Positions 43,442 through 58,284 of a stretch of 64,000 bases of DNA are shown here, piece after piece (position 1 is the first letter of the stretch; each line of letters opens with the position of its first letter). A program made the translations under genes and the position numbers. The DNA comes from Adineta vaga (Eukaryota; Animalia; Rotifera): the NCBI GenBank assembly GCA_021613535.1, contig CP075496.1, forward strand, positions 7,874,001 through 7,938,000, read 5' to 3'. The notes under the pieces are model-generated. The model saw only the letters and a list, made by a program, of their open reading frames with translations, searched no databases and was not told the origin of the DNA.

Positions 43442-43543
43442 ATAAACGTTTTTTTCCTTGTATTTAATATATCATCTTATCGTAAAACAAAAAATAAAAA
43501 AGCAACATAACTAATCATCTTTTAATCTACTTTAGATGATGAA

Positions 43544-46154
43544 ATGTCACTTGTAGTTAAACAACCTTTATATAAACGATTTTCACTCGATCAACAATGT
43601 CCTCGGTCATCATTACCATCTTATCATGGTCCACCTTCATTCAACTATCAATCAATCATATCCTCATCGACCCACTTAACACATGAATCAACAATAGTTA
43701 AACCAAATTTGTATATGATTTTCAGTAAACCACAACATCCAGTGATTAATCAGTGATGAGATTATATCTGTCTATTCTTCTTTTTCTTTTCTTATAACCC
43801 GGTTAATTAAACAATTCATCTATTTTTTAGCTAATAATAATAGCAATAAATATTATTTTTCAAATGATATCTTAACCTTTTCTTGTTTGTGTATCGAAAT
43901 GTGTCAAATCAGATGTGGTGTAAAATTAAAAATAAGGCATAGAGTAGGAATGAAGAGAAAAAAAATGAATGGTGCTCAATGAAGCGTATAGCAAATAACA
44001 ATCGCCATTTCAAATCATCAAACAAATAAATACTAACTCTGTAGCCTTGAGAAACATAGCGAAAATAATAAGAAAACGTTAGTGATGACGACTATGACGC
44101 AATCAAATCCTGTTTATTATTCAATATCATCATTATCATCAGGTCGAAAACCATCATCACGAACCATTTCTTTACATAAAGGTCCAAACCATAATGGTTT
44201 TGGATTGTTTCTTGGTGAAGATGTCCCTAATGGTTTGTACGTTGTTACGGTAGAACGTAATTCACCCGCATCAGAAGCAAATATACAACCTGGTGATCGC
44301 ATTCTAGCTGTTAATGGACAACCTATTTCATCTATGTCCAAAGATCCAAAAGAAATTGTTGTCGAAGCAGCAATGAATTCAAATACATTAACATTTACGA
44401 TTGAATCGACAGATACTTTACAGACAATTCAGCCGTCATTATTAAACAGTTCAACAGAAAAGATTTACAATAACACTAATGATAACAACAAAAAACAACA
44501 ACAACAACAACAAAATTCAACAGCACAAATAGGACATATTAGTACAGATCTTGAAAGGTACTTTTTTTTATTTCATAGGAATTTATATTGAGTTATTTGC
44601 TTTCTATGATGATTTAATTAAGTTATCTCAAATCACTTTTCGCTAATGAAAATGTTCAAATTACACCAGCAAAATCTTCGAATAATAATGAATTTTTTAT
44701 TACATCAAAAACACCGGGAACATCAAATTCAATATCCAATACATTTCCATCGCGTAATTTACCTACAAATGATTATATACAAGAACATCAAACTCAACAA
44801 CCGCATTCTCAACGTGGTCGCCGTCCACGTCGTCCTCGTCATCCAAAACAAGTATTATTGGTAACTAAAGAAACTCAAACATCGGCAAATGAAGATGATG
44901 ATGATATTGTTCAACACGATCAATCACAAATATCCTCACAACGACAATATCCATCATATCCATCGATGGGTACATCTCAACGTATACTACGTTCTCAAGC
45001 ATCAAGTTCACCAAATGAATTACTTGAATCAAAAGTTATACCAAGTAAATCATGCCTATAATCTGAAAAAATATCGATTTCATTTATTAATTTCTTGATT
45101 TTAGCTAATAAAAATTCACGAGATACTAACAAAACATCGTCGTCAATATCAAACAATACAAATGATAAATCAACAGAATCTCGTTCCAATAATCAACATA
45201 TGGTTAATATTGTTGAAGCAGCTATGAATGCTAAACGAAATCAAGAACGTAAGTATTGACTTAATTACTTTACGAAAAAAAACTTTCAATATATTTCAAG
45301 AGTCCAATACTCGTGATCAACCTACCACTCGTGACCAAGCAGGTGCTACTGGTGCACCCAATTCTCGTAGTCAGCCTTCCAGTCGTGACCAAATAGGTGC
45401 AACTGGTGCACCCAATTCTCGTAGTCAGCCTTCCAGTCGTGACCAAGTAGGTGCTACTGTACCGAACTCTCGTGATCAACCTTCCGGACGCGATCAAGTG
45501 GCTGCGGGTGCATCTAATTCTCGTAATCAATCTTCTGGTCGTGACCAAGTCGCTGCTGGTGGAGCAGCAAATGCTCGTGATCAGCCTCATGCTACTGGTA
45601 GAGATGCTGTAGCGAAACGAGATTCAAATCCACCTCCACCATATACCCCTTCAGAATCAGTAAACAATCAAGGCACTCCTGATCAAGGTGTTTATAATGT
45701 TCGAGATGCTGAACAAGGTCAAGAATCTGCTAATCAAGCAATCAACGCAAAAGCACCTGTTCGTCTTGAAGGTATACGTGAAGTGACATTACATCGGTTA
45801 CCCGATTTCCAAGGTTTTGGTTTTCATTTACAATATAATAAAATTTATTATCTTGTTCATCGTGTGGAAGAAGGAAGTCCAGCTGATAAAGCTGATCTTC
45901 AGGCAAATGATGTTATTCTTAAAATAAATCAACAAACAACAGATGGAATGGCTCATGGAGCATTCGTGCAAATTGTTAATGCCAGTACTGATGTCACCTT
46001 CGTTATTCAACATCTTGATGAATATTTACGATCTAATCCTGTACCACCACGTAATCCGAACGTGGCATCAGCTGTTACTGCAGCCATTACGGAAGAAAGT
46101 GACAAACATAAAAGTGGTATTTCGAAAGCATTGGGTAAGATAAGTAGTCGTTGA
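43544..46154 (+). CDS. two-PDZ-domain protein (NHERF/PDZK1-like)
   Basis: PDZ1 (GFGLFL...VERNSPASEANIQPGDRILAVNG) and PDZ2 (GFGFHL...VEEGSPADKADLQANDVILKIN). First exon 43544-43710 can splice in phase to 44045; an alternative start is the ATG at 44085. Confidence 0.75.
45330..45600 (+). repeat. coding tandem repeat, 54-bp unit (RDQxGATGAPNSRSQPSS), ~5 progressively degenerate copies
   Basis: Units start at 45330, 45384 and 45438; the first two are nearly identical. Confidence 0.85.
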
Positions 46155-47037
46155 AAAAGAAAACTTTTCATTATCTTATTTAAGTTTATTTAAAAGTATT
46201 GTGATATTTTTTCGACGCTCAGTTTAATAAAGAAATCTAGTTTTTATTATCGACGGAAATCAATTGTGAATTAAATGAAATGTTAACAATATCCGTATTT
46301 CTATACTCAACTGTCAAAATAAATCTCATATCTATTTATTTTTACTGCTCATAGTGTATATCAATGATGTTGTCATCTTTGTAACTTATTTATAGCTATC
46401 ATCAAAAATCTCTAAAGAATAGTTATCAACAAGATATAACTGTTAACTATATTTGTCTTCAGAGATTTCATTTTCAGACAGACAAAATTAGATGTATTCT
46501 TCTGATAACTATTTCTATCGATCATCAATAATTCCTAAATGATAACTATCGATCAAGAGATAAATTTTCTATCGTGTAATCAGATCCTAAATAACACTCG
46601 TTCAAATAGGTTACACTTACTTATCAATGTTATTTGATATCTCCATTTTTATCAACAGCAGGATATTTATATAATCATAAACGGCATAGGTTAGATACAT
46701 ATAACATAAGTATTAAGTGATGATAGAATCGACATCGTATGTCAACCGATCATCATACTTGAATATCAGAAGATATTTTTCTGTTTTGTGTTCACACATC
46801 TTTTATGTATAAAACAAGAAAGAAGAGGAAAAAAAGACAGATCCAAAACAAAAGAAAAATGGCAAGAGAGAAACAGCGTTTGTATGTAAAAAAAAAACAA
46901 AAGAAAAAGATGAAAAACCGTAGCCAATGTATGTAAATCGAACAATAAAAACGAACTGAAATGCAAACACATGCACACATTTGCTAGCTAGAAAAGAATG
47001 CATTCCCGACTAAAACAAAGAAAAAATATGAAAGATA

Positions 47038-49241
47038 TTATTCGATATGTATATTTGTAGCTAAAATTTCTCCTGTTGATGTTGTTTGACATCCTTGAGA
47101 TACATATCGACCAGTTTCATCGACTTGTTCACGTAAAGAAATTGTATTTGTTCGTTGTATAACTTGTTGTAAATTACGTCGAAGAACTTCAGCATCAAGA
47201 CCACTAACCATTTTAGGTAATGGACATTGTTCTTCATCAAGTGTTGGTAGACCAAGACGACTATGTCGTGTAATATTCGTTGAATTAATTAATCCTATTG
47301 GTGATAATTGTCCACCATTGGTATCAATTGATTCATCATATCCACTACCATTTAAATCACTTCCAATTTGATAAGCATTTAATTCTTGATCAATAGGTGC
47401 ATATCCATTAGATGAATTTGCATAGGATTCAAATGATGGTGGAGATATATAACCACCATTTGTTGATGTTATCGATGATAAATTATTAGTACTTGCCGAA
47501 TGAACAATATTTGGACGAAGATTTTGACGTGGCCAAGTTTTCAAGGATTTCCATTTCGTTGAACCTAAGAGAAATATTGATTACAATTGAAAACCTTCGA
47601 AAAAGAATGTTAATCTACCTTCTTTTGGTCCAAGTATGGCATTAAAATTCATACATTCGCCGGGGTTAATCACACAAGTGAGATCATTGAATGTTTCGAA
47701 ATGACATGATTGTATATCAAAAAACACTTGTTCATTATTATCCATATTTAATATTCCATATTTTGGAAAAATTCTTATAACAATACCAGTTGCCGTAATT
47801 GAATTCGATGTTGACTGAGATAATTGTGTTGATGATAATGATGTTTGTAAACAATTACCATTACCATTATTATTCGTATCAGTTTTACTTAATAAAGTAC
47901 GTGCAGCATCCGATTTAACACTAACAGTTCCATCAGTATGTAATTGAAAAACTGCATTATGTCGTTTAAAAAATAAAATTAAATCTTCACGTGTAAAACC
48001 AATTAAGGGTGTTAAATGTTCAGGTGCACGAGCAATTAAATTCGGAACACTTTGAAGTAAAACACGACCATTTTTATGTAGTGAACGCATAACATAATGA
48101 ACAGCTTTAACTTCATTTGGTGTTAAACGTTGAGAAACATTTCTTGTTACGGCTGATGTTGATGAAAGTAATGATGATGAATTAATTCCAGTTGTTGGCG
48201 TACTTGGCATCGAATTGCCACCCATCATTGGTCGTATACTTGATTTAAATGATGCCGAACGAGTTAACATTGAATTATTTCCACTAGAACTTGTCAAGGT
48301 TGAACGACGTTTTGGTGGAGGTGATGGAGGTGGAAACAGTATGCCAGGCATATCAGCTTTACCCTGAAATAAAATATATCAGATTAAAATTTGAACGTAT
48401 TTTAGATTTCTCTTACTTTTAGACCACAAAATTCATCACGAACAATGAATATATTTGGATAACGCAAAAGAAATATTTTAAATTCATTTTGTGGACCAAC
48501 ATATTTTCTAACATCAGCTGATGCTTGAGATGCATGTCCAGCAACACTAACAATTGGTAACCATTCTTCTTCACGTTTTGTTAATTGTTTTTTAAAGAAA
48601 TTTATTGCTTCTTGTTCGATTTCACGCATTGTTTTTGCATCCCATACTGTTTCATTATTATTCGTTGCATTACTTATTGATGTTGTCATCGGATCATTTT
48701 CACTCGCCTCGCTACTCGAGGCGGGTGAAGTTGTTGGTTTTAATCGATTCTGATGAGATTTTGATGATGAATTTAATGTGCGAACTGGTGTAGCACTATT
48801 TGCTGATACAGTATCATTGTTAACAGTAAATAATGAAGGATAACGAAGCAAGAATTGTTGTAATCCTTGCTCATTGCCACCAACAGCACGTAACATTTGT
48901 GGTGTAAATGTTCGATCGGCGAAGCTATCGTATAGCTTCACAATAGGCATGGCTTGATTGTTTCGAATGAGCACATCGAGAATAAATAGAATGGCTTGAT
49001 GAGCCACCTGATTAAACAAAAAAAATAAATAAATACACAGATAATAATAAAAGAGACAAAAAAGAAATAGAAAAAAACTTGCCGACGGCTCATCGATTGC
49101 TATTCCATGCGTCTTCTCGGCAGATGCCACAGGAGCCGGAATTGGCGTTGTCGTTGTCGTCGATAGTGGAGGCGGTGTAGTTGTATTAGGTGTCGTCGGC
49201 ATTGAAGTCATGTCCTCCTCCTGTAATAACAAAGACGACAT
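47038..49241 (-). CDS. Egalitarian-like LOTUS/winged-helix protein with OB/cold-shock-like domain
   Basis: FTPQMLRAVGGNEQGLQQFLLRYPSLF and SVAGHASQASADVR resemble Egl winged-helix repeats; C-terminal CQTTSTGEILATNI resembles the Egl dynein-light-chain-binding tail. Confidence 0.8.
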
Positions 49242-52084
49242 AGTCTTGTCAAATTTTAGACCGATAGAGAGAAAATAAAATATGAAATGTATGACCACAC
49301 ATATAAACTATTGTTCAAAAGCTTAAATTGGTCACGGATGAATGATGAAGTTTATCGCCTTCACACTTAATGACAGTTGCTGGTATACATATATCAATTA
49401 AAGATCTCTCGTATTCAGTTTTAACCTTCTTGTTCTCTCTTTTCTTTCTTTCATTCGTTCACTTCTATCGAACGATAATAGAAAAAGGATAATACATATA
49501 ATAACGACAAAGCTCGACTACATATGGTGGCGTGCATGAGATAACTGCTAGTAGAAGATTAGTTGTACATATACACACGTACTTCGTTCTTTCTCTTTCT
49601 TTCTCTCTATGTCGACTTGTTTGCTTGCAGCTACTTCGATATAAGACATTTATACATTTATGTATATATATGTACAAGTATTTCTATCTATATAAAAAAA
49701 AGTATTTCTTTATTCACAAGAATATAAATAAAAGACACTTTCTTCTGCCAATCAATTCGAGAAAAAAAATCGACCAATTGATTTTTCTCATGATAATTTA
49801 ATACTTAATTGTGATAATTTTATTAAAATTGTAACTATTTACCTTTCTCTGTATATTTTATCTAAACAGACAAGAGTTGTTGGGAGGATTCTGTCGACAA
49901 GCTAATAATTGTAAATGAAGGTAATATAATAAGATACGAAATAAAAAAGTCCAGTAAGAAGCAGTTATTAAAACTAGTAAAATTTAGACGACAACGAAGA
50001 AGACGCAGACGTGGTATATTTATATATGTATGTAAGTGATCTGATCGCGAAGCAAGATGGTGAGAGCTTCGCGTATGACGGTGTCGTCGATAATGATGTT
50101 GCTCTATAGACTGCTTCTTTCTTCTTTTCGCCTCGGTTTTTTTTTGTGCTATCACTCTGCAAAGAAGAAAAGGAAGCAGAGACAGAGAGAACAGGAAGAA
50201 AAAAAAATGACAATATGATTTGTTCTCTCTGTCTCTCTGTCTCTCTCTCTTATTGCTTTATACGTCTATCGTCGTTAGTGCTATTACTACGCCACACGTC
50301 TCGTATGGGTCAATCTACTATATGAAAAGTGTAAACGCGTCAATACATGTGTTTGTTTTTGTGAGAAATAGACGATATTACGATTTCTCATTGAATAATC
50401 AACGAAAGACTTGCTTAATTAGTATAAGATTTGTTGCTTTATAGTAAAGATACGACGGATAAGCGATTTCTATTATTACATTACCTATCTTAAAGATATT
50501 ATAACAGCTGACTAGTTCTATTGTATTGTATGTAGAAGAGATATTTGAAAACGTCGATTCGATATTTCCTTTCCTTATGAATAATTACGGAATCACTCAA
50601 TTGACCAATCTAATTATATGCAGTTGAACTAAATCTTGTTGAAGATTGAAAAAGTAAACATTAATCTACTAATCATAAACGATCAGAAATAATTATCTTC
50701 TAACTTAAAGAAAAACCCGAATCATGGATGTCGCTCCAATACAGTTCGTGAATCTTCCTATGAAAGATAGTCATACATAACTTGTTACATCACGAAATGA
50801 AAATGTTATTTCTTATATACAGTTACCATATTGCATTATCTCCTACTGTGAATAATATTCTCCTATTGAAGACTTTCATTGTTTATTTTCTTCCTGTCGA
50901 TAGAGTTTTTTTCCTGCTCGACCTTGCTTTCTGTTATTTTTTATGTACATATATGTCCTCGGATTTCATGCTACTTATAATTGAAAGATTATTCTAGCGT
51001 ATTTTGTGCTTTTTTTTCTTATTGTATTTGGAATAGTTATTGTACATTCGATTTCAATCTTGAAGAAAAGATATGTATCGTTCAAAAGAGATGAATATAA
51101 AGTTAGTCATAAATTTCAAAAGATCAATCGTAAGATTTCACCATCATTGATGAATATAAAAAGGTCATCAAAGCACCGTTTATATATAGACTTAGTTACT
51201 TGAATGGCATCACAAGTACTATGAAGATCATTAATTGGTTTGTGCAAATATCCCAAGTGTTTGTTAATGTATAAAAAGGTATCCAGAATCGAAATGTAAA
51301 TACCTTAACTTCTATGAAAAAAAAATGTTGGAACAGATGGAACTTAAAAGGTTCAAGGTTTATAAAAAGAGAAGACGTTTAGAATGAACTATTTAAGATG
51401 ACATAATAGAAGAATACGGATGTATAGAATATATTAATTCAAGAAATATTTCAAAATATAGAAGGAGCTATTTTGATGAGATTATTATGCAATGATGCTT
51501 GAAATTGATTTTCTTAATTCTGATCCGATTAATTAAGAAGAAGATAAAAGGTTATAAAAATATCGATGACATTCACTGACAATTATGATATAGTATGCAA
51601 TGCAAAAATCAAATAAGATCGTATAAAAATATATCAATTAAATATTTAATATCGAACGATAGAAAAAGAAACAAGTATAATCGATCTACTATTAATTGAT
51701 AAACAGAGTCGATAGTTTTAGATTTTATTCTTTTCTTTCTTTATATCAATCGTACACTTCATTTTACTCTCTTCTTGTTCTGTCGTTGCTGTTTACAATC
51801 ATGTTCTCAACTCGTTGGCAGGAGCAGCAATGAGTGAAAGAAAAGTTTGAATTAAAAAGAAAATGTTGTGAGACCTTCCGTTTCTCTTCTGTTCTGCACC
51901 TTTTCTTTCTTTTTTTCTATTATATTCTGTAAATGATCTTGTTGCACACATTGTTGTTACCATCCCCACGTACAAGCATACACGCACACACACACACACA
52001 TATATGTTCTTTTAAATATTAAAATTTTGAACGTAGCTAATCAAAAAACTGGTTGATTTGCCATCCGTTAAACAATCCTTTGTA

Positions 52085-55000
52085 ATGACGACGACTAGTG
52101 ACCTAAAATCACGACCAGTAAAGAGTACTATGGGAGTGTTACCGATGCGTCAAAGTGAATCGATACCAGAATTAAATCTAGTTCATTTACGTGGCCGGTC
52201 AGTGATGCCATTAGATATGTCCGATGATGAATTTTCAAGTATTCGTGTAGGTGCAAATACACCAGTCACACCCAAACGTCTATTACCAATATCAGAAATC
52301 AGTCAAACGAATGCAAATGAACGACGTGAACGTTTACCAGCTATTTTACCAATGGTTGGAACAACTCATACGGCCGTTCTTCAAGAAAGGCAACCACTAG
52401 TGAAGCCAGTGATTCATAAACCAGTGATAAAAAGACGAAAGATTGATGTTGTTATTGTGGAAGATGAAGTAAATGAACGAAATACACCACGATCGGTCAT
52501 TAATCGTATGGTTAGAGAAGCACAATTATTAACTCAACCGATCGGTGCTAATCGAAGAGTATCTCAAAGTCGATTATCTGATAAACCACAGTAAGAGAAC
52601 AAATAATTTAGATTTAATTTTTTTCGTTTTATCGTCAAATCATAATATTATTTAGATCAATTATTACAACAACAAGTGGTACGAGTACTCAGCAACAATC
52701 ATCAACAACTCTTAGTGATGATCCAACACGTATAGCTGTAGAAAATCTAATAGCATCCATCAAATCGAAACAATTACAAGAAACACAACGACAATCTGAT
52801 CGAAAAATTCTTGATATTATTCATCGTGTGCTAGGCAGAACTATTGATCTTGTTTATGATGAAGATGAATACGAAAAAATTCAACAAGAACTTGAACAAC
52901 AACGACTTCTAGCTGAAAACGAATTTGAAACATCGAAATTAATTAATGCAGGAGGAGAAGAAGAAGAAGAAGAGGATGATATGACTGATATATTTCAAAA
53001 ATCTGGTGTTGATCGAATAGATACTGAAGTAGAACATGAGCAAGATCAACGAGAAGAATATGAAGATGAAGAAGAAGATATTGATGAACGTGATCAAACT
53101 ATTGGTGCTAGTGAATCTGTAGATGAAGACGATGAAATTGATATTACACGTGATCCACTCTATCATCATACATTATTGGAAGTTACAAATGAAGATGTTC
53201 TCAATGTTCGAGGTACTCAAATAAATGTTCCATCAACGTTAATGAAGAGAAATCAACGACGAACCACAAAACCCACTGAAAATGCAGGTCCAAATGTTCA
53301 TCATTTTTGTATTCAAATGTTTGATCAAGCCGATGTGTTACCAAAAGAGATACGTGCTATTACGCAATTATATCATCAACGTGCTCGCTTTCGAAATCAA
53401 CTCCCTTTTAGTGCTACTTATCATAAACATGGAGAACTACCAAACTTTCCTGCAAAAGAATTAAATGAAGAAAAGGAAATCGAAGTAGATAAACCTAAAC
53501 AGTAAGCAAATATTACCTAGAAGAAAATTAATTTTCACAGACAATTTGATTACATATGTTTAGTGCTCAACGAGTTTCATCCGGTATTCCTTCTATTCCA
53601 TGTGATAATTTAGTATCATTAGATACTGATCTTAATGTATGGCAAAATCGTGCAGCTAAATTAGTTCAACCAAAAATCGAAGGCACATCTGCTATTACAG
53701 ATGATCCTTATTTAATTCGTTTATGGGCACCAGCACCACCGAAAATGTATATTCATCCACGTCGTGTCAAAGAAAGTCTTTTCCCTCAATATACATCATC
53801 TGCACATTCAAAAGGTCTTAGTGACGATGAAGAGGAGAACTCTACGATTACTGGTGAAATGGAAAGAATGATAACAAATTTTAGTGAACGAGAAACATCC
53901 ATAGAAGAACGAATTATTCCTCCGATAATCAGATCATATAAATCTTTAGAACGTTTACCATCGACTGTCGATCATAGTAATGAATTTCAAATGCTCCCAC
54001 GAATGGTACGATCTACACGTTCATGTTCAAATTTATTAGTAGAACCTTTGATTAGTTTTGATACTGATCATATATTTACATTAAATGAAACAAAACATCA
54101 AATTCAAGCTCGAAAAACTGTACAAATAGAACCTATTCCACGATACCGCTGACAAATAATGAAATTTTAGTTATTCCATCAGAAACAGTTGATAGCACAG
54201 TTACAAAAGAAAGTCCAGGTAAGAATGGCAAACATTGTTGTTTGGTACCAACTGAAAATTTCATAATTCTATCTAGAACCAACTACTCATGAACAAAGTG
54301 TTGAGGCATCATCGAATGATTTTAAATATTTTCATAAAACAAATCGTTCTGCACATTACGAACAAGCAGTTGCTGCTGGTCGTCCTCATATATCAAGTGG
54401 TCGTCTACGAGCAGCAAAACGTTCTCGAAAAGATGTACATTATTGGGAACGTATTGATGCTATCGCTGCTCTTGCTTCTGCTCCTCCTCGTTATCCCGTT
54501 TTGTCTCGTCGAGAATCATTTCATGAAGCATTTTTCTACGAACGCTATCATCCACATGTAATTAAACAACAGTTTCGTCAACGACAAACAAGTCTGGAAC
54601 TTGGCAAACAAACATTTGATGGAATTATTAAGACACAATATAAATATGATGAGACACGTACTAAATCAGCTGGCAAACGTCTTTTAAATGAATTTGAATG
54701 GACACGTGATCTTTGGTATACATGGCTTGATGAATATATTGCTGAATTAGATAAACGAGAATTTAAAAGACAAGAAAAAGATACCAAGAGACAAAGTATT
54801 ATTCCACGTGCTCATGAAAGAGCAGCAGTATATGATGATGATGATGATGATGATGATGTATCTCGAAAAGGAACAAATAGTTCTGCCGAACCAATTGTCA
54901 ATCTTGAATTAGCTGATAGTGAAGAACGTCGTTTAATTGAAAATGAAATTCATCGTCTTACTATATTAATTAATCATAATCCACATGATGTATTTAGTTT

Positions 55001-58000
55001 AACAAGACGAGGTGGTTTATTACGTAAACTTGGTTTATTTCATGATGCTCTCAATGATCTTTCATTAGCAATCTATGTCGAACCATCATTTATGGATGCT
55101 TATTGGCAACGTGCACTTATTTATATGATATTTGAACATTATGATGAAGCATTAGATTCATTAAATATGTGTATTAAATTTAAAAAAACTCATGCTGGTG
55201 CTTATAAATTACGTGCCGATGTTTATGTCATTAAAAATGATTTAGCTTTAGCAAATGCGAATTATTCTCAAGCTATCCGGTATAATCCAACAGATCATGA
55301 AGCATATTTTCGACGAGCACAAACATACGAACGACGAAATGAAATTCTTCTCGCTATGGATGATTATGTACAAGTAACAAGATTAAATCCAAAAAATATT
55401 GAAGCATGGTAAGTTTTTTCAAAATTAAATTCTTTGGAACAAAAAAGAAGAATCCTTTTCAGGTATAAACATGCAATGTATTATTACAATTCTGGTAATT
55501 ATGATAATGCTATTGGTGATTTTAATGAATTATTAAAAAGACAAATAGATAATGTATCAGCACGTCTACATCGTGCTCTATCAAATTTTCATCTCGAAGA
55601 ATATCAATATGCATTAGCTGATTTCTCTGCTACACTTCATTATGATCCATCGAATTGGACTGCCTATTATTATCGTGGTTTACTTCTTCGTATATGTAAT
55701 CCAGCTCAGGCTTTACGAGATTTTAGTATATCTCTATTATTAAATTCTGAATATGATAATGTCGGTGCTTATCTTCATCGAGCTTTACTCTATTGTAAAC
55801 AAAATCAATATGAAGAAGCTATTGCTGATTATGAATCTGTGACTGTTCTTGATCGTGAACATGCACCTGCTCTATGCAATTTAGCTATAATTTATATGAG
55901 AAAAAATGCTCAGAAAGCGATTCAATTATTTACACGATCGATTCAAGCTGATCCAACATATGTTCGAGCTTATTTTTGTCGTGCTTATTTTCATAGTCAA
56001 CTTAATCAATATCAACAAGCATATTCAGATTATACGAAAAGTAAATGAATAGAAAAGATTTGAAATTCATATGAAATCTATTGCTTCTTTTTACTTTCAG
56101 TTTATCATATGTTTCCCGATCAAAATTCGTCGATGGTATTACGAGGAAATATGCTTTTAGCAATGGGAAAACTTGATTTAGCTTCATTTTGTGTTGAAGT
56201 TGCAGCAAACTTACAATCTTTATCTGGTCCCGAAGAAGATAGTTTACCATCGGCAATGAAAATGAGTGCATCAAGTTCTCAACAACAAGCAATTGTTCAT
56301 GCATTTCTCGAACATTATGATCGCGCATTATCAACTATGGAACATGAATGTTCACTTTCTCCCACAGCAGCTAATTTTCGTATGCTTGGTTCATTACGTA
56401 TCAAAGCAAAACGATTTGATGAAGCTCGTGAAGCATTTGAAAGATGTATACAAGTTTGTTTAAACAATTCTGCCGATCAAACTGAAGAACTTCATGGTGC
56501 ATATCTTGATTTAAGTAAATGTCTTATACAATTAAAACGTTATTCACAAGCTGTCGAACAATTAACTACACTTTTAAAACTTCAACATCCAAATCAAAGT
56601 GCCGAAGCATATTTACAACGTGGCATTGCTAAAATGAGAATGTTTGCACATTATAGTCCACAAGAATTAGCAAAATTATCATCAAGTAGACGACCATTAT
56701 TAGATATCAATAAATCACTTGTTATCGAACCAAACAATGCTGAAGCCTATGTTGCACGAGCTGCTTGGTAAGTATTTTTAAAGAGACGAATTTCATTAGA
56801 AAATAAAATAACTATGTTCTATTTTCTTTTCATATTCTAGGTATGCTCGATGTGAACGTTATTCTAAAGGTGTATTAAATTGTAACGAAGCTATTCGTTT
56901 ATGTCCAAATCTTGTGCGTGCATATCTTTATCGTGGTTGTTTGAAATATTCTATTCGTTTATATGATCATGCTATTAATGATTTAACGAAAGCTTTACAA
57001 ATTGATCCATCTTGTTCACATGGTTATTATAATCGAGCTTTATGTTATATTCGCCGTGGAAATCTTTCATATGCATTGAAAGATTTCGCTATCGTTCTAT
57101 GTCTTGCATCATCGATAAGAAGTAATAAAACTCAATTATTAGAATTAGAAACATATGTCAATCGTGGTTTATTACATTATGAACATAAAGATTTTCAAAA
57201 TGCACTAGTTGATTTTGAACATGCACTTGATTTAGTATTAAATTCTCGTGATGATAAAAAGATTTATACATTAAAACATCGATTGATCTATACAATTGGA
57301 CAATGTCATCATCGATTAGCACAATTTAATAAAGCTATTGAACAATTTTCTTCATCAGAAATTGCCGATCGTCTTATGAGTGATACTAATTATCGACATG
57401 ATGTATGGATTGCCTTAGGTAATGTTTATATGGATATGAGTGATAATAAATCAAAAGCAAAAGCAACAACATTTTTTCAACGTGTTATTCATGAAAATCC
57501 TTTGCATGAACATGCAAGATTACATTTAGGTTATTCATTACGACAACGTGATTATTATCAACGAGCATGGCTACAATTTTCAGCACTTCTTCGTCTTAAT
57601 CCAAAACATGTACGTGCATTAGAAGCACGTGCCATTGTTTGTTTACAAATGAATCATCCACGAGAAGCATTTATTGATCTCAATCAAGCTTTACATTTTG
57701 AACCATCATCTGCTCAACTATTAACAAATCGTGGTATTATTCAGCAATTTTTAGGTGACAATAGAAGTGCAATGTGTGATTATCGTGCAGCTATGCTTGC
57801 TGATCCACGAAATGCTTTTGCACATTATAATGCTGGAAATATACTTATGTTTCATGGACAATTTCTTCAAGCAATTAGTTTATTTGATCGTGTTCTAGAA
57901 ATTAATCCACGAGATGAAGCTGCTTTAACAAATCGTGCGATTGCAAAAGTTATTTTGAAACAATATGCAAGTGCTCGAGAAGATCTCGAATGTGCTGTTA

Positions 58001-58284
58001 GTATTTCACCATTAAGTGCTCATATTCATGTCGATCTTGGACAATTACTTTTAACTATCAATGAACCTGCAACTGCAGAAGAATATTTTACTAGAGCATT
58101 ACAAATTCGACCATGTGATCCAGCTGTATTAAAATGGCGAGGTGATGCAAGATCAAAACAAGAGGGTAAACAACAGGAAGCATTAGAAGATTATCGAGCT
58201 TGTGTAGAACTTACTGATGCATTACAATTAGCACGTAAACATGGACTTACTAAAACTCCAAAGAAAACAAAACGACGTTTGTGA
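52085..58284 (+). CDS. TTC6: large TPR protein, TTC6-like, multi-exon
   Basis: Long acidic/disordered N-terminal half followed by many TPRs (A...RG..., AI.D...AI..DP). The family call rests on architecture. Confidence 0.65.

Noticed and set aside
46200-46760. Cluster of GATA/TATC words between convergent genes
   Set aside because: No regular period or clear hairpin; expected in AT-rich DNA.
51785-51796. GTTGCTGTTTAC, an RFX half-site overlapping a forkhead motif upstream of the TTC6-like gene
   Set aside because: Only a half X-box; too short to support without conservation data.
49300-52050. Many short ORFs and CT/GA/CA simple repeats between the Egl-like and TTC6-like genes
   Set aside because: Low-complexity Phe/Leu/Lys-rich translations with no domain, no terminal repeats and no transposase; best read as UTR, intron and promoter sequence.
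54010-54175. Possible frameshift in the TTC6-like gene
   Set aside because: The nearest donor (54120) is out of phase, but upstream phase-1 GT donors exist, so no indel is required.
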